Shown here: positions 61,701 to 64,000 of the stretch, in pieces | How positions within the stretch are numbered: position 1 is the stretch's first letter | Layout: each line of letters begins with the position of its first letter | NCBI GenBank assembly: GCA_965637545.1 | Contig: OZ281494.1 | Coordinates: 15,686,001-15,750,000 of the forward strand | Length of the DNA: 64,000 bases | DNA from: Phallusia mammillata | Lineage: Eukaryota | Direction: 5' to 3' | Translations under genes and position numbers: made by a program | Notes under the pieces: model-generated | The model's input: the letters and a program-made list of their open reading frames with translations, nothing else | Database searches by the model: none | Told to the model about the DNA's origin: nothing

Positions 61701-62794
61701 ACGACAGCAGCGAAAAGTAAGCTCACAGTTCTGTGTACTTTACGTCACAACGGCTTGGTCTTGATCAAGTCATAAATCGTGTTTTGATCATGTCCTATAT
61801 TTGGCCGAGGGGGTGGACAGAGGCGGACGTTGATATACTTTGTTTATAAATTTGCCATATTCTACCCTGGTTAAGCGCCTGTGTGGTTTTCTGCCCTATG
61901 TATGTACATTGTATGAATGCGCTGAAGGCCGGTTAACCGAAAAAAAGGTTGTAACCATTTCTCCCCAATCGTCCTAAATGATGACATCGACCTTTTAAGG
62001 CGGCGCGGAATTTTTATGAGGCAATGTTACGCAGTTTAAACGTGCGTCTGTCGTTAATAACTTACCCATACTCGTTCAGCCAACAGGCAAACTCAGGGCT
62101 ATCGGTATGAATAAGGGAAGATGAGTTTCGAGATCTCATAACCGCGTCTTGTCAGTGCGGTCCAAGTACCTGTAGCACACTGATTTAACTACATTCATGC
62201 GTGTCAATGCCGCGCGCGCATTTTATGCCCCACTGCCTGTGTGTACGCGTTGGGCGCGTCCTTTAGTTCTGCTCTCACTATCACTGATGATTTTGGTCAA
62301 CAAATGAAACCGGCCCATTTGGAATTCGGCTCCAGAATTTAGGTCGCCAGATTATTTGGATTTTAGGTAGGTGACTGGACCGGCCGGCCCACGTTCTCTT
62401 GCCTTCATCCGCGGCGGAGAAAAGCGTGGCCGGTGTGTGCGCAGGGCGCGAAATGAATTACAACAAATTGTTTAACCTTTCGAAACACTATGTGCGCAAA
62501 ATTTGTTTAAGGGCCGCTTTTGAAATTTGCAAGAGCAATGTCCAAATTTGTGTGAAATATGTAATCACTTGGTAGATCGAATTTGTCAACTTGGATTCAA
62601 TTTGTTAAAAACAACAGCTTGACTGGACAAGGTTTCCTATGTCTGTTCAACAGATTACACACTTAAATATGGTGTTGTTTACGTAATCAAATCGGCCTTT
62701 ATTGTCAGATTAAAACCGGTACTGTTTAACATAGCGCACTCATTTCGAACCTTGTTGTCGGTTTAAGCGTTTGGCGCGAAGCTTCTTGTTTGTC

Positions 62795-62906
62795 TATAAA
62801 AGGGCAGTGAATCGGCGAGCCGTATTACATGCCCTGCTCCTTCCGTCTCTTTGCTTGCTCCGCTCCGCCTTTGTGTAGCAGGCTCCGAAATGCCGTTGTG
62901 TGTTCA
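62795..62906 (+). promoter_or_regulatory. Candidate TATA promoter and first exon of a gene continuing beyond the window
   Basis: TATAAAAG at 62795, CpG-rich upstream region, donor CA|GTAAGC at 62907, possible ATG at 62890. Confidence 0.35.
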
Positions 62907-64000
62907 GTAAGCACGGGTGAAGAGATAGATCTCACCAGCGACCGAATCGCATTTTGTTGGAGTGCCCACCACCACAAAATAGGCACCTATGAATGTTATC
63001 GGGCAAATTGCATTCATGTTACTATTGTAGATGTTTCGCAGCCTTTCGCTCCAGTCTTACTGTAACGCAATTTACTTAATGTAACGTAATGTAAATGCCT
63101 GTGCCTGGGGGTTTTTTGATTGATTTTTTGTGAACAATATGTGGAAAATGCATAATTGGTCTTATTTGAAATTTGTTATTTGAACACTGGGGCGAAAATG
63201 CAATTACTGTAAGTAAGTTTAATCTGCCTAATCGCTGTGTAGACTCATTAAGCTAAACCCTGGAAAATCATATAATACACAGCAGTGGCCTATTAGCAAG
63301 ATTGTTATCGTTGGTTGCGTTTGTGTGCTTACTCGCCTGGATAAGGCAAGCGATTTCTGAAATATTTCCGCAATTGGAGTAACGACGTGCAGTCCCTGCG
63401 TCATACCGTTCCGCCTGATTTCGTATGTCCACACCTCCTTTACTCGAGGTGAAACGGGTTCATGTTTTAAGTAGTTCATATTTACACGTTGATCCCGTGG
63501 GACACATTTTAACATGATAACTGCAGGGCACGAACAATTAGCTGCAAGCCTTTGGCGGTTTATTATGCCGTCTTACCTTTACAAGTTCAGTCTGTAGTCG
63601 TCATTGCCATGCCTCGCGGCAGACGTGGATGCATGCACGCTCGTAACTTGAGTTAAAGATTGCCTTCGGAAGCGTCTACGTGTACCGGTTGTTGATGTCA
63701 CCAAGCAATTATATACTCGATAATTGACTGCTTCTGCAATTTTCGCATTGCGTTTTTAATCCAAAGGATATGCACATTAGCATTCAGCTTCCTTTTATAG
63801 GTCGCTGGGAAAATCCATTTTGTATTTAGCAACTTGGGGTTCCCCCTTATTACCGGTTCAAGTTATTGTAAACCCCAATTGCAAATAGGGTGGGTACTTC
63901 AAAGTTCAAAAGAATATGGAGGCCAAATACATTACCTTTCCTAAGGAAATCCTGTTAGTACTCACTACTCAGTAATCTTAAAATGCTTTACCAAGCAGTT

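Noticed and set aside
63228-63515. Minus-strand 95-aa ORF containing LKHEPVSP (PDSM/MEF2-like motif)
   Set aside because: A single short motif; it could not be joined to the other minus-strand ORFs at 61514-61726 or 60858-61046 into a recognisable protein.

Overview
Eukaryotic genomic DNA, AT-rich and intron-containing, very probably an ascidian tunicate. This is inferred from the [14 protein letters not shown]-terminus of FoxA, the compact introns and the mosaic CpG pattern; the species cannot be fixed from sequence alone. Four genes were reconstructed by hand with consistent GT-AG sites and phases: alpha-L-fucosidase (minus, 7 exons), FoxA (plus, uninterrupted CDS), a fungal-type (Cys1a/cys11-like) cysteine synthase (minus, 10 exons) and GID4 (plus, 3 exons, head-to-head with the cysteine synthase). 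A partial unidentified gene runs off the left edge. FoxA sits in a ~40 kb CpG-rich, largely transposon-free non-coding domain full of developmental TF motifs. The flanks are CpG-depleted gene bodies dense in non-autonomous hAT elements with 8-bp TSDs, including a four-level nested stack and an inverted pair. There is also a Helentron/pearl-like element in a fucosidase intron. No transposase ORF, tRNA, rRNA or CRISPR array was found. All counts and alignments were done by eye.
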